A stretch of 64,000 bases of DNA from Neoechinorhynchus agilis (GCA_051530055.1 JBMGUZ010000004.1:62001-126000); one strand, 5' to 3'; numbered from the stretch's first letter, positions 49,150 to 61,344 are shown. Notes: generated by a model not told the origin, from the sequence alone. Numbers and translations are program-made.

Positions 49150-50877
49150 GACGAGAGGAGCTCAACACCCGAAATGGCAAAACCAGAGTCTGCAATCGAT
49201 GCTGAACTGATTCGCGAGGAACGCGAGCTTTATAATCAAGAAGTAATTGCATACGGAAATCAATACCCTGCCTCTGTCCGATCATCTTCACTGGTAAGTG
49301 GTACAAAAGTGCAAAGCCAGGTTTGCTATGTTCATCATACGCCACAGTCATTATGCCAGTGTGAAGGGACACAATAAAGGCAGACTGTAAAGTCGTGTCA
49401 TTTTTTTACAGTGGTCGAGGCGTATTTGAGCGTACTGGTTGTTCTGTACAAGAAAAGCCTCCATCCAAGGTTCACGGGTTTTCTTGAGACGGAGATGCAA
49501 ATCATCCGTTGACCGGAAGGATCAAGTAATGGGGATGTGTTAACGCTGCTGCTACGCGATATGCGCAGTATTGTCGGTGTGGCCGTAGTGTTGAGGTATC
49601 GGAAGTTATCCGGGCGCGACAGCTTGGTTTTAAAATCATCAAGTTTAGGGAGGGTCCGGTGGAAAAAGGTAGCTACGAAAATAAGAGGGGAGGTTCAAGA
49701 CAAGGAGGATTACTATGCGCAAGTAGCGAAACAAGTGTGAACAGCACTGGAGTACAAAACAGAAGTTGTTATTTCTCCCCCACTTTTTAAATGATGGGGT
49801 AATGTTATTGCCATTAAACAAAGGAGGACTTGGGTTCTCGTCAATTAAGCATTCCGTGATGAGTTCAAGAATGAAGAGTTACACTGCAGCAAATTCACAC
49901 TATCGTGATTTGGACGAAGACCAGCGTGTTTACAAAAATCTCGAGGAATATGTTATCAGCATCGCTGGATAACCGTCCGACTTCTCAGTCGAGAACATGA
50001 GGAATATTTATACAATATACCTCGAGAAAAAGTGGAAGACGCAACTACTTAATCGCTGGGAGTAAGCGCAATCACGGGGGACATTTCAATCATTCGGCGC
50101 GAACTTTCCGATACCGTCAAGAAAACTACTACAATTATACAATGTGAGTAAAAATGCGGTATCAACTGCTGGAGGTTGCATCAAATCTCTCCAGGATGGG
50201 CCAAGCCCGAAGCACTGAAGACACTGGATGGCACCAGCACAGACGCAACTTCATGTACTAAATCTCTGCCCGAAAAACACAACTAAAATGGTAAAGCACC
50301 ACGATGAGGTCCAAGGACGCTTTACATGGGATCTACAGAAGCGATGGGGCTCTCGGTGGGAGATTGATACCGAGAACCGTATTATCGGTTTGAAGTTCCA
50401 ATTGAGAATTGTACCCACAATCCAGGAGGGCAGGTGTAAAAACCGGATGCAATATTAGTCGATTAAAACGGCAAGCGATCATAGTTGACTTTGCCGTCTA
50501 TTACGAAAATACAAATGAACGCACAGAGGAAATTATGACTGCGAAAGAGGATAAATATAAAGCAAATAAAGATGAGGTAGCCATATAGCTGGATTTTCCT
50601 AATGAAAGCGTTTCGACAATGGGGCTCGCTATTGGCTCATTGATCAAGCGGCTAAAAAAAATTCAATTTGTCAATTAAAACCGAAGTTCGGCAGAGAGGA
50701 GCTTAAAGACGTTCCACCTATTAATGACACGAAGCAGAAGAATCAATAATCTTTAAATAACAATGCATGGAACACAATTCAAATAAATGAAGAATCGGCT
50801 ATGAAGAAATATGGAAAAAATTGATCAAAAGTATTAAACCCGTGTGAAAGAAAATATCTCCAAAATAAATGCATGCC
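49150..50877 (+). mobile_element. R2-like element E, RT deleted, 3' end at the canonical 28S site
   Basis: FTVVEAY...LHPRFTGFLE, QLGFKIIKF, then directly LFLPHFLNDG...LPLNKGGLGF, KHHDEVQGRFTW, IVDFAVYYE; followed by tagccaaatgcctcgtc. Confidence 0.8.
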
Positions 50878-50908
<31 letters not shown>

Positions 50909-50972
50909 ATTTTGAATCGAAAAAACTTACAAACACGCGGGTAAATGGTGGACGTAACTATGACTTTCCTAA
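50878..50972 (+). other. Two short 28S segments flanking the R2 site, in swapped order
   Basis: 50878-50908 tagccaaatgcctcgtcatctaattagtgac; 50937-50972 gcgggtaaatggtggacgtaactatgactttcctaa. Confidence 0.85.
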
Positions 50973-51830
50973 TTTCCGACAAAGATTCCCTAGGACCCAA
51001 AGAAACTATCGAAACTAAAGAAAGCTCATCAGTTTACCCCCATCCGCCGGGTACGAAGCGCTTCCGCGCTTAAGATGGCGATCTTCCAAACAATCAACCA
51101 ACTGTTTCAACTGCATCAACTGCTGATTCGACTTATTTTTTCACCCAAGAGACAAAAAAGTCGAGAGTTAACTCCACATCGACCGGAAGCGAAGCGCATT
51201 TTTCAGATGGCGCTTTTCCCGATGATATGGAAGCCAAAAAGCGTTTGAGTGCGACAATAGCAACAACATCATCACATATTTCAACTTCTGATCGCCCAAA
51301 CAAATCCAATGAACTCACAGACGAACTCGCAACGGTTCAGCGTACCGAATCTCACAACACCAATGTTAATGCCGTGAACTCTTCGCAAATCGAAGTCGCG
51401 TGCCCTCTTGAATCGGATAAGCCTCTTGAATGCCCAATCTGTTTATTGCAGGTTGTTGGAAGAACAAGAAATCGGATTTTTCTGGACCACATGGCCGTCA
51501 TTCACAATAAGAATTTAATCTCGTGGGTATGTCAACTATGCAAATCGTTTCGTAGTGAAGTTCCAGGGAGTGTCGGCTCTCATTAGAAACTTACTAGCAA
51601 ACCGCAAGAAGGATGTCTTACTTGAGCAAACAATTTTAATCGTTCATATCGTGCATTGCACGTTCATTGAGGCTCCTAGGTACCATCACGGGTCATCGGT
51701 ACAAAGGTTAAAACAAACCATCGGCTCCAAAATCGCTCAATTCATCAGCGAACAAAACAGAACGATGCGCGGAATGTACAAACAGCGATAGGAAACAGAC
51801 GGCGATTTGCAATGTACAAAAAAACGGAAG
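50973..51830 (+). mobile_element. R2-like element F, 5' part (Zn fingers)
   Basis: CPICLLQVVGRTRNRIFLDHMAVIH...WVCQLC, matching fingers 1-2 of elements A and B. Confidence 0.75.
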
Positions 51831-52299
51831 AAATATAGTCCGTGAAATTATTTGGCGCACGTATAAATTTTTATCATCATTTTTTAATCGAAATAATTTG
51901 TGACATGCTCGAAGTCTTTAAATTATCATGGATTTTATTCTTTTTTAAGGTATTCCATGAAAAATATTCATTATTGAATTAAAGTGCGGTTTTAAGTTTC
52001 TCCGAATGAAAATTTATAATCGATTTGTAAAGCTGACAGCATATAAAATATGTTTTAAACCAGATGGAACGATTGATGAAAAAGGATCTAGTTTCAAAAA
52101 ATTTGCAAGCTTATTTTGCAGCGGAGGATGACAAACGGACACCTTATCTTAAAAAGGTTCACTTAATCCCGGAGTAGAGAATGCAAAGACCCGATTTTAC
52201 GCATCGTCCCTTCACTAAAAATAGGCTTAAGTGGCTTCTCAAATCTAACATCGATTTTATAGTTGGAGATTTTAATGATCCCTCACTTAAATCGATTAA

Positions 52300-52975
52300 A
52301 TAAATAGTTTTTTTGAAGAGTTGCAAAAGTTTTTCTTAAGCAAGCATACATAATTTATAGTTTCATCAACGCTCCCATTCATCGGCACTGGCCAAAATGC
52401 TGGCCGCATTGCCCCGCTGCACCGCAATGCTTATTTTTTGCGCCAAGAACGACGTCGATCTTTGCTCTCCAGTCGCTGCGTAAATTCGTTTCCCCAAGTC
52501 CTTCGGGAGGGCTAGTGCCGACCCTCCCAAGGCCCCATACGTTTCCACACCGAAGGGGACAAAATGGTAATTTCTTGTTAGCTCCCTGTATTTTGAGCAT
52601 TTCCGATCCTCTGCAGCCGTCGCCGCTCCTCCTAGACCTTTCTTCGAGTGGCTGATGTTGGAGTTTGCCAACGTGTCCACACACGTTGCATCCCACAACA
52701 AACATTTCCCCTCCCGCCAAGGAAATACGGTCACGCGGTAAACTTGGAAATCTCCTTGCTGTCTTAGTCGCCTGGATCGCAGTATCCTTGAGATTAGGTC
52801 TACCGATTTGCATCCCGCATCGCTGTTGCTGCGGCACTATAGTGGACTCTTCGGGTAGACACGGTCTCATATGCAAGACGTCATCGGGACGATTTCCAAG
52901 GCATGCTGAAATCAATTCCATTCTGAGTAGGACTCTAAAAACGCTTTCCCTTCCAAACATTCTAGAACCCAATAA
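52300..52975. mobile_element. CRE-clade element 3' end with internal inversion
   Basis: Minus strand 52366-52737: TVFPW...WDATCVDT...FVPFGVETYG...AVQRGNAASIL; plus strand 52738-52970: IAVSLRLG...HRCCCG...HGLIC...RHAEIN...LEP. Confidence 0.85.
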
Positions 52976-53289
52976 ATAGTTAACGCAGTAAGAAATCTCG
53001 ACTATACGATACCACTGACTCCCTCTTTTTATTTGGTCAGAAACAACACTCATTCATTCTCAGATCTCTTCGTACATAAGAGGAGTATTAATTTATTACT
53101 TCGAATCAAGTGAAGTATTTTTGTTTGACTTTGCTAGACACGACGTTGCACTATGATCCTGCCTACCCAAAGACTCATTGCGTATAAGCTCACACTGAAC
53201 GCGCTCTCTTTCGACGTTTTATTCATTTAAGAAGAACGATCCATACACTTGCCAACATCTATCTTTTCTGAAGGTTTCTGGATGTCGGA

Positions 53290-54035
53290 TGTTAAGGCAG
53301 GGAGGGCGGACTTGTGTTTGAAGGAGTTTTACAGGAGAATGACCGATTGGGAGTCCTTCCTTGTTCTCCGGTTGTTAAGGAAAGATTTGGCTTGGGGGAG
53401 GAAAGATTTTTGGTAGAGGGTGGTAACGAGGGGGGATGAAAAAGGTTTGGGTTACGGGTGTTTACGAGGGAAGAGTATTTAGAGATGAGGGAAGAAAATT
53501 GTGGAGGGGGTTGAAGAAGACGGAGGGCGTTTTTGGAGAAAATGGAGTGGAGGTGGGCGTCGAGGGGAGGGAGTGAAGTCCCGCATATTCTCGCTGCTCT
53601 CTTGTAAAAGCTTTCGAGGGAATGAAGAGCATTGGCGGAAAGGGCGAGGAAAGTGCGGAAGGCGTATGTAAGGATAGGGAGGATGGCCGAGAGATAAAAG
53701 TGGGCAAGGTGTTTAGGGGATACGCCGAGACGCCGGAGGAGTTTGAGGAGGTAAAGACGAGGGTTTGTTTTAGAGAGTGTAAATGAAACGTGGGCATCCC
53801 ATTTATCAAGGCGGGAGGAGAAGCGTGTGGGGAAAGTAACGAGTTGGGAAAGATGAGGGAGCGAGAGCGGGATCGGCAGTTTGTTTAAATCGCCCAATAT
53901 GATGAAGTGATCTGAGGAAGCGGAAAGTAGGTCAGTAAATAGGTCGTCTATCTGTTGAAGTGTGTTGGGCATGTTTGAGGAAGGCGATAAAGGCCAGCGA
54001 TAGAGATCTCACGTTGGACATTGCGGAGGGGGAGC
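53290..54035 (-). mobile_element. CR1-group LINE deletion derivative (endonuclease end fused to C-terminus)
   Basis: ...PTRFSSRLDK|WDAHVSFTLSKTNPRLYLLKLL...AILPILTYA in one frame. Confidence 0.8.
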
Positions 54036-54313
54036 CCGGTAAATGATTATTTATTAAGACGTTTGATGATGAACCGGACGAGACGCGTTTTCAAATCTCG
54101 AGTATTTGTTTGATTGATAATGTTTTCAATAAGCGCGTCTGAATTAAAGCGAAACACTACAAGTGAGTACACGATTGGGTTTTTAAGTATCTATCACGGC
54201 CATTAGTCCACTTGACCACCTCGACACAACTACGAAATGTCAAACTCAGCCAGTTTATCGACTCAGGGTGAGCGCTGTGTTCTATTTTAGGTTTTACTGG
54301 CAATCCGGTATTG

Positions 54314-54786
54314 TTATCATCATTAAATTTTAGTCTGTCCCTTTCTTGTCCGGCTAATTTTTTTAGGCCTAAAGCCAAACCAATTACATCAGAGAAGTGA
54401 TATAACCACATAGTCTCTAGTTCACGGCTAAGAGTTTGCACATTCCTCCGGATCCTCAGATACCTCCAGAGGCGGGACTCATCAGTGAGTTTCCTCCTTC
54501 AGCGGTATTTCGTCATGCCCGTGATCCCGGTTAGGGGTCAAGTGGTTCGAATCCGTTACCACCAATGACGCACAGCCAAAGGGGACGAAATACCGCTGAA
54601 GGGCGGAAACTCGCTGATGAGTCCCGCCTCCTGGAGGTATCTGAGGATCCGGAGGAATGTACAAACTCTTAACCGTGCATTAGAGACTATGTTGTTATAT
54701 CACTTCTATGATGCAATTGGTTTGACTTTATGCCTAAAAAAACAAGCCGGACAAGAAAGGAATAGACTAAAATTTAATGATGGTAA
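54314..54786. repeat. ~200-bp inverted repeat with ~70-nt loop
   Basis: Left arm 54314-54514 is the reverse complement of 54584-54786 with scattered mismatches. Confidence 0.9.
54582..54651 (+). ncRNA. Candidate hammerhead-like ribozyme (second copy 54448-54514 on minus strand)
   Basis: CUGAUGA and GAAA cores, helices GUCCC/GGGAC, AUACC/GGUAU and CGGA-AA-CUCG/UGAG-GA-UCCG, AUC triplet; strand order non-standard. Confidence 0.45.
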
Positions 54787-55080
54787 TGTTTTCGAAAAGC
54801 GCGTCTAAATTAAAGCGAAGCACTAAGAGTGGGTACACGAATGCGTTTCAATTCTCTTGTTTTTATTTTATTGATAACGATTTTAAAAAGCGCGTCTAAA
54901 TTAAAGTGAAACACTAAGAGTGAGTACGAAAATGCGTTTTCAAATCTCGAGTTCTAATTTGATAGATAATGTTCTCCCAAAGTGCGTATAAATTAAAGCG
55001 AAGCACTAAGAGAGGGTACATGACTGCGCTTTAAATCTCGAGATTTTATATGATTGATAATGTTTTCCAAAAGCGCGTAT
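54787..55080 (+). repeat. 92-bp satellite units (also 54075-54175)
   Basis: Same consensus as the large arrays. Confidence 0.85.
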
Positions 55081-56690
55081 GAATAACTCAAGAACCATGA
55101 AAGCCATCGCAGATCCGAAATCAGATTTGGAATCAGCGCGTAAAGACGTACTAAATGAAATGATTTAGCAAACTACAGCTGTATTATTCACGTCGGTAAT
55201 CGCATGATCATATTTGGTCAAAAGTCAAAAGAGTGAAAGATCACTTAATTTGCAAGATTCATTAAAATCGGATTACACCATTGAAATCAGCGCGTCATAT
55301 ATGCTCAAGCTGATATATATATCATTTTGTTACCATTTTTAAGCACCATGGATAAAATTCAGGTGTCTTATATGAACTTTAATCTAAAAACCAATTATAA
55401 AAATTAAACAAACAATAAGCCGTTATTGCAGGTGTATTCGGCGTCAAAAGTAGATCTACAAAAGTTTATTTGATCTGAAATTTATTGATGTTTTAATATC
55501 AATAATCAAGGTTATAGGTCTAAAAATAGAACAACGAATAACTAAAGAGCAAAGAAAGCTATCGAATATCCGGATACAGATTTGGAATCAGCGAGTAAAG
55601 TTGTACTGAATGAACTGATTTAGCAAGCTACAGCTGTATTATTCACGTCGGTAATCGCATGATCATATTTGATTAAAAGTCACAATACTGAAAGATTACT
55701 AAATTTGCAAGATTAATTAAGATCGGATATTACCATTGACATCAGCGCGCCAAATATGCTCAAACTGATACATCATTTTGTTACCACTTTGAAGAACCAT
55801 GGTTATAATTCAGGTGTCTAATATGAACTTTAATCTTAAAAATAATTATAACAATTTAACAAGCAACAAGAAGCCGTTATTGCACGTGTATTCGGCGTCA
55901 AAAGTAGATATACAAAAGTTAATTTGGTCTGAAATTTATTGATGTTTTAATATCAATAATCAAGGTTATAGGTCTTAAAATTGAACAACGAATAGCTCAA
56001 GAAAATTGATAGCTATCGCAGATCTTAATACAGATTTGGAATCAGCGCGTAAAGATGAACCGAATAAACTGATTAAGCAAGCTACAGCGGTATTATTCAC
56101 GTCGGTAATCGCATGATCATATTTGGTCAAGAGTCACAAGAGTGAAAGATTACTAAATTTGCAATATTCATTAAGATCGGATAACACCATTGAAATCAGC
56201 GCGTCAGATATGCTCAAACTGATATATCATTTTGTTACCACTTTTAAGAACCATGGATATAATTCAGGTGTCTAATATGAACCAGAATCTTAAAACTAAT
56301 TGTTAAAATTTAACAAGCAACAAGAAGCCGTTATTGCAGGTGCATTCAGCGTCAAAAGTTGATCAAGAAAAGTTAATTTTGTCTGAAATTTATTGACGTT
56401 TTAATATCAATAATCAAGGTTATATGTCTCTCAATTGAACAACGAATAACTCAAGAACCATGAAAGCCATCGCGGGTCCGAATAGAGATTTGGAATCAGC
56501 GCGTAAAGATGTACTAAATGAAATGATTTAGCAAACTACAGCTGTATTATTCACGTCGGTAATCACATGATCATATTTGCACAAAAGTCACAAGAGTGAA
56601 AGATTACTAAATTTGCAAGATTCATTAAGATCGGATAACACCATTGACATCAGCGCGCCGGATATGCAAAAACTGATATATAATTGTTTG
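55080..56690. repeat. ~454-bp satellite, about 3.5 units
   Basis: tttggaatcagcg at 55126, 55581, 56035 and 56489. Confidence 0.9.
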
Positions 56691-56694
56691 TGGT

Positions 56695-57530
56695 TAACTT
56701 CAATTAAGACGCGCTTTTATAAAATATTATCAATACAATAAAGATCGGATTTAAAGACGCATTCGTGTACTCACTCTAAGATCTTCACTCTAATTTAGGC
56801 GCGCTTTTAGAAAACATTATCTATTCAATAAGAACTCGAGATTTGAAAGCGCATTCGTGTACTAATTAGTTGTGCTTCGCTTGAATTCGGACGCTCTTTT
56901 GGAAAACATTATCAATACAATAAAAACAAGAGATTTGAAAACGCACTCGTACACTTACTCTCAGCGCTTCACATTAATTTAGATGCGCTTTTTAAAACAT
57001 CATCAATACAATAAGAACAAGAAACTTTAATACGCATTCGTGTACTCACACCTAGTGCTTCGCTTTAACTTAGACGCGCTTTTGGAAAACACTATCACTA
57101 TAATAAAAACTGGAGATTTGAAAACGCATTCGTGTACCCACTCTTAGTGCTTCGGTGTAATATAGAGGCGCTTTTGGAAAACATAATCAGTAAAACAAAA
57201 ACTCGAGATTTGAAAACGCATTCATTTACTCACTCATAGTACTTTGCTTTAATTTAGACGCGCTTTTGGAAAACATTATCAATGCAATAAAAACAAGAAA
57301 ATTTTTTACGCATTCGTGTACTCACACCTTGTGCTTCACTTCAATCTAGACGCGCTTTCGGAACACATTTTCAATCAAATAAAACAAGAGATTTGAAAAC
57401 GCATTCGTTTACTCACTCTTTGTGCTTCGCTTTAATTTGGACGCGCTTTTGGAAGACATTATCAATTTAATAAAAACTGGAGATTTGAAAACGCGTTCGA
57501 ATACTCACTCTTTGTGCTTCGCTTTAATTT
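56695..57530 (-). repeat. 92-bp satellite, inverted
   Basis: Reverse-complement units gaaaacgcattcgtgtactcactcttagtgcttc. Confidence 0.9.
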
Positions 57531-57534
57531 GGAG

Positions 57535-58450
57535 CAGAAATAAAATTTGTAGAGATCGGGTGAAGGGGTTCCTAAATGTCGGAGGCGTTTGAGGGGATAA
57601 ATTTTAAAGGTATTGTGCTTGAGGGGGAGAGTGATGCGGGAGTCCCATTTCAAATTTTATTGAAATTGGATGCTCAAAATTCTTAGGGAGGTTACTCGTA
57701 GGATGTCATTTAGAAGCTCAGGGGATGATGTGGGGTTACAGGCGAAGGGGATCATTTCGAAGCATTTAGAGAAATTCAGGTGGAGTTGGTGATTGGTGCA
57801 GAAATCTTTTATGTGTGTGATTTCTTTAGTGGTTAAGGAAATGGAGAGGTGAGGTGGTGAATGGGTGGATAAGGGTGATATCGTCGGTGTATAGGAAGAG
57901 TTTAGAGTTGGAGGAGAAAGTTTTTAGGTCGTTTAGGAAAATATTAGAGAAGTGGTGACAAGACAACACTTTGAGGTACGCCTTTGGTGAGGGATAGGCT
58001 GATAGAAGAGGTAGAACGGCAGTGAATGTATTGTTTGGATTGTGAAGATTCGAACCAGCGGATCTGCTACAAGTTGAGACCAAAATCGGAGCAGGCTCGG
58101 GGAAGGAGTGAATGTTCCACAATATTTCAAGTTAGATGAGGCCGGTGATGAGGGAGGGATTATTGTCGAGGTTACGTAGGAGCGTGTCATAAACACAAAG
58201 TAGGGCATCGGTTGCAGAAAATTTGGACCGGAAGCCGAATTGTAGGTTCGATAACTTGAAACATTTTTCGATGATTTTTTGAAGAGTGGGTGGAGTGGAA
58301 ATTGGACGGAAGAATTCGGCCAAAATAGGATGTCCTTTTTTGGAACAAGGATAACTTTTGCAGTTTTCAGGCATGAGGGTAGATGCCACGTAAAAAGCTG
58401 AGGTTTATAATGTGGGTAAGAGGGCCGATGAGCTCGGGGATGATGCACCG
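57535..58450 (-). mobile_element. Degenerate CR1-group LINE RT
   Basis: LKTAKVILVPKK, FRPIS, QFGFRSKFSATDALL, IFLNDL...LYTDD, KWDSRI. Confidence 0.75.
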
Positions 58451-58829
58451 AAGAGCCAAATTTGGGATTTCGGATTGATAGTACGAATTTCCAGGCAATT
58501 TCTTGAGATACTGTTGTACTTCATATGATTACAATGGAGGTATTGGCGAGTTGACAACAGTTTCAGGTGTGGGCGTGAAAGATTGTATGGTGACTGGTGT
58601 GGAGCAGTGAATGTAATTTGAGTCAGGGAAGAAGTTCTGATTAATGGAATCTAGCGACGACGCCAGCAATGTTGAATGCTCTAAGGCCGTTTCTTAGAGG
58701 AGCTATCAAATGGACTGCGATGAATTCTAGATCGGGTTTTGTAGAGAGCCTGTGCCGATGTTATCCTTCGAATACCTTTTATTCGCTTACATTCTGAGAT
58801 GCAGATGAAACCGGGAGGAACTATGGAAA

Positions 58830-59195
58830 GTTTTGATCTGCGAATCGCATCGGTCAATACCAAGCAGTCTCACTATTCACCCCCTACTCTTTGAGAATTT
58901 GAGCGAAGACACGACTCCGATGGTAACCAAGTCGAGAAGGCACAATGAAGAAAATTCGACGTTTATCCGTGCAGAAATCAATCGACTATTGCGAGATCAA
59001 GTCATAGAACCCGCGAACTCACCTTGGCGAGCCTAAGTGATTGTCGTCAAGCGCGAAAATGGGAAAAAGCGACTTGTCGTTGACTTTTCGCAGACTATAA
59101 ATAGGTTCACGTACTTGGACGCTTATCCGCTTCCCAAATTAAGCTCTCTTGTAAACGAAATCGCAAAATATGGATATTTCAGCCACTTAGACCTA
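58830..59195 (+). mobile_element. Ty3/Gypsy RT N-terminal fragment
   Basis: IEPANSPWRA*VIVV...KRLVVDFSQTINRFTYLDAYPLP...FSHLDL. Confidence 0.8.
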
Positions 59196-60472
59196 AAAGA
59201 CGAATTCATAAAGACCACCATTCGCTTTAAAAGCTGTAAAGATCCTATCCAGCCTGTTGATTGGTATTTGATGGTATGCATGTCGAAGATCGATGGTCGT
59301 AAAATATTTATATTGTGTTACTTCTCGGGCTAGATCGTCGATTTTTGGAAGAGGGTATGCATCTAGTTCAGTATATTTATTGATTGTCGATGCATAATCA
59401 ATCACCATTCGAGGCTTACTTGCGTTACTTTGAACAATCAATACCTGCGCCCACTACGGAGACTGACTATATGTAATTATTCCTTCCGATAACATACGTT
59501 TAACTTCTTTAATGAAGACTTTATCAAGTTGACTATAATTCCTTGATTTCACCGCTATTGGTCGACAACCTTGGTTGAGATTTGCAAAAAGACGAGGAGT
59601 CATCTCTCCATTCATTGCCATGCATTCAAGCGATCCATCTCCATCAAAAAGGAATTTTAATTCCTTGAACTTATTCATAAATGATCTTCCCAAAATTATA
59701 TCGGTGCATAAATTTTTAAGCGCATACAGTTCGACATTTTTATAGATAATCCCTTTGTATTTAATGTCGGAACGGGTTATTCCGGTCGTGCTCCGTTCTA
59801 TATCGTCCTTAAACTGGCAATTATTACCTAATAATCTAAGTTCGGTCACGCAATCCCTTATGGACTCTGATTCAGTCTGTGGTCGAGTTATTAGTCGATA
59901 CCTCGCTGCAACGACATTTGTAATTCTGCAGTATTCTTTTTTTAAACAGTTTGTTGCCTCTTCATATGTTTTGCAAGATTTGATTTGAGCATACACTCTC
60001 GATCCAACGAAGTTTATCAAACGAATCAATTTTCCTTTGCCATCAATTTCAAGATCTTCGATATAATTCTCAAAAGTCGTAAACTAGTGTTCGAATATTT
60101 CATGAGAGTTGCTATCGCTTGGTATTGTGAGTAATCTATCGGGTTTCAATAGATTATTGGTAACTTTAAGCATGGTTGTCTCGAGCGTACTTGACATGAA
60201 TGTCTTTGCTTCTTGTTGTTCAGCTTTTTTTTGTTTAATAAATTGTACTGCACTTGGAGAGTTTTATTAAACAAAAAACAACGTTCGAATAATTAACGAC
60301 AATTTAACTGTGCAAACAGGTACTAAACCGATCGATAATGTAATCGACCGTATGCACGCATTTACGATCGATTACGAATGACCACTTTTATCACACCTTC
60401 TGCCAATATCGGTCAATTTGGTTAAGGCCTGTTATTGACATGTCATGGGCACTTTGTAGTTTCGCGATTACA
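59193..60472 (-). mobile_element. Ty3/Gypsy remnant: putative LTR (60244-60472), deleted gag-protease, RT N-terminus
   Basis: TGTAAT...AATAAA...GTACA 229-bp segment; PRLFANL...RPIAVKSR, RMVIDY...INKYTELDAYPLP, IDLRHAYHQIPI. Confidence 0.7.
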
Positions 60473-60545
60473 TGAGGGGAATTCCGTAATAATTCAATAG
60501 GTCGATCGCCTGCGTTGAGCTTGTTTTGTGCAAAACGTCAGGTCT

Positions 60546-61250
60546 TCAATCATACGGCAGACGGGAGATTATTGCGATAGCAGTTGAGAACGCAGTGATA
60601 CACTGCGGCTCTGCCATTGGTTGCGTTTTCTTTAATACATCTTTTTCCCGACATTGGTTCACATGGCTGCGTGCAGATACGACATCGTTATATTTTTTAT
60701 GATACGAGCCGCATTCAATCGCGACGATCGACCATTGGTGGTCCCTCTTTAAGCGGTCGGTCGACAATTGCACTGCAGAAACCCAAACCATAGATTCTTT
60801 GATTACATATATCGCAAGCAACACGTTCATCGAATTCATCACTAATGCGTGACACCGGTTGTTGCAAATTCAATGATTTACATCGATTATTGCTTTCTTC
60901 TCTTACCCGTCCGCAATCTTTTCGTTTAAAAATTTAGAATGACCAGTGCAGGTGGGTATTTGCTTTAAAATATTTTGCCACTGCAGGAATTATTGCTCTA
61001 TACTTATCCCCTTTATGTGCCATCATTTCTTCGCTCCGGTCGTTGTGAGATTCATAATATGTCAATGACATTGACTTCATTTGTCCGACGGTCAAGAAGG
61101 GTAAGATCACGTTTGAGGGGTTTTCCGTCGACGGTTTGGAGCTTATAGTTTTCGACCAATTCCACGACATCGAAGAACTTTGTCAAGAGGGTCCATCTGA
61201 GTCTGCGAAGTACTCCGTCTTGTCGGTATATCATGGCAGCAATCACTTTT
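60546..61250 (-). mobile_element. R2-like fragments (RLE end followed by a Zn-finger piece)
   Basis: RQDGVLRRLRWTL, KPLKRDL...VIDI, YYESHNDR...KYRAIIPAVA; CGSYHKKYNDVVSARSHVNQC. Confidence 0.65.
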
Positions 61251-61344
61251 GGACACTCGTTAATAGGATGGAGAAAGGTCTCGTGTGGACACGAGCAGGG
61301 CCTGAAAGCACCGGGTCGGTCTTTGTCTACTCGGTTTAAGAATG

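Noticed and set aside
50937-51080. HDV-like ribozyme at the 5' end of element F
   Set aside because: Some pairings exist (GGGTAAA/TTTACCC, AAGCGC/GCGCTT) but I could not fit the P3-L3-P1.1 order or the catalytic J4/2 C; a descriptor search would be needed.
52379-53053. 224-aa minus-strand ORF as a gene
   Set aside because: Alternate and antisense frame across the inverted CRE fragment.
54515-54583. tRNA gene in the hairpin loop
   Set aside because: Only a T-arm/B-box-like segment is present; no D arm or 5' acceptor strand.
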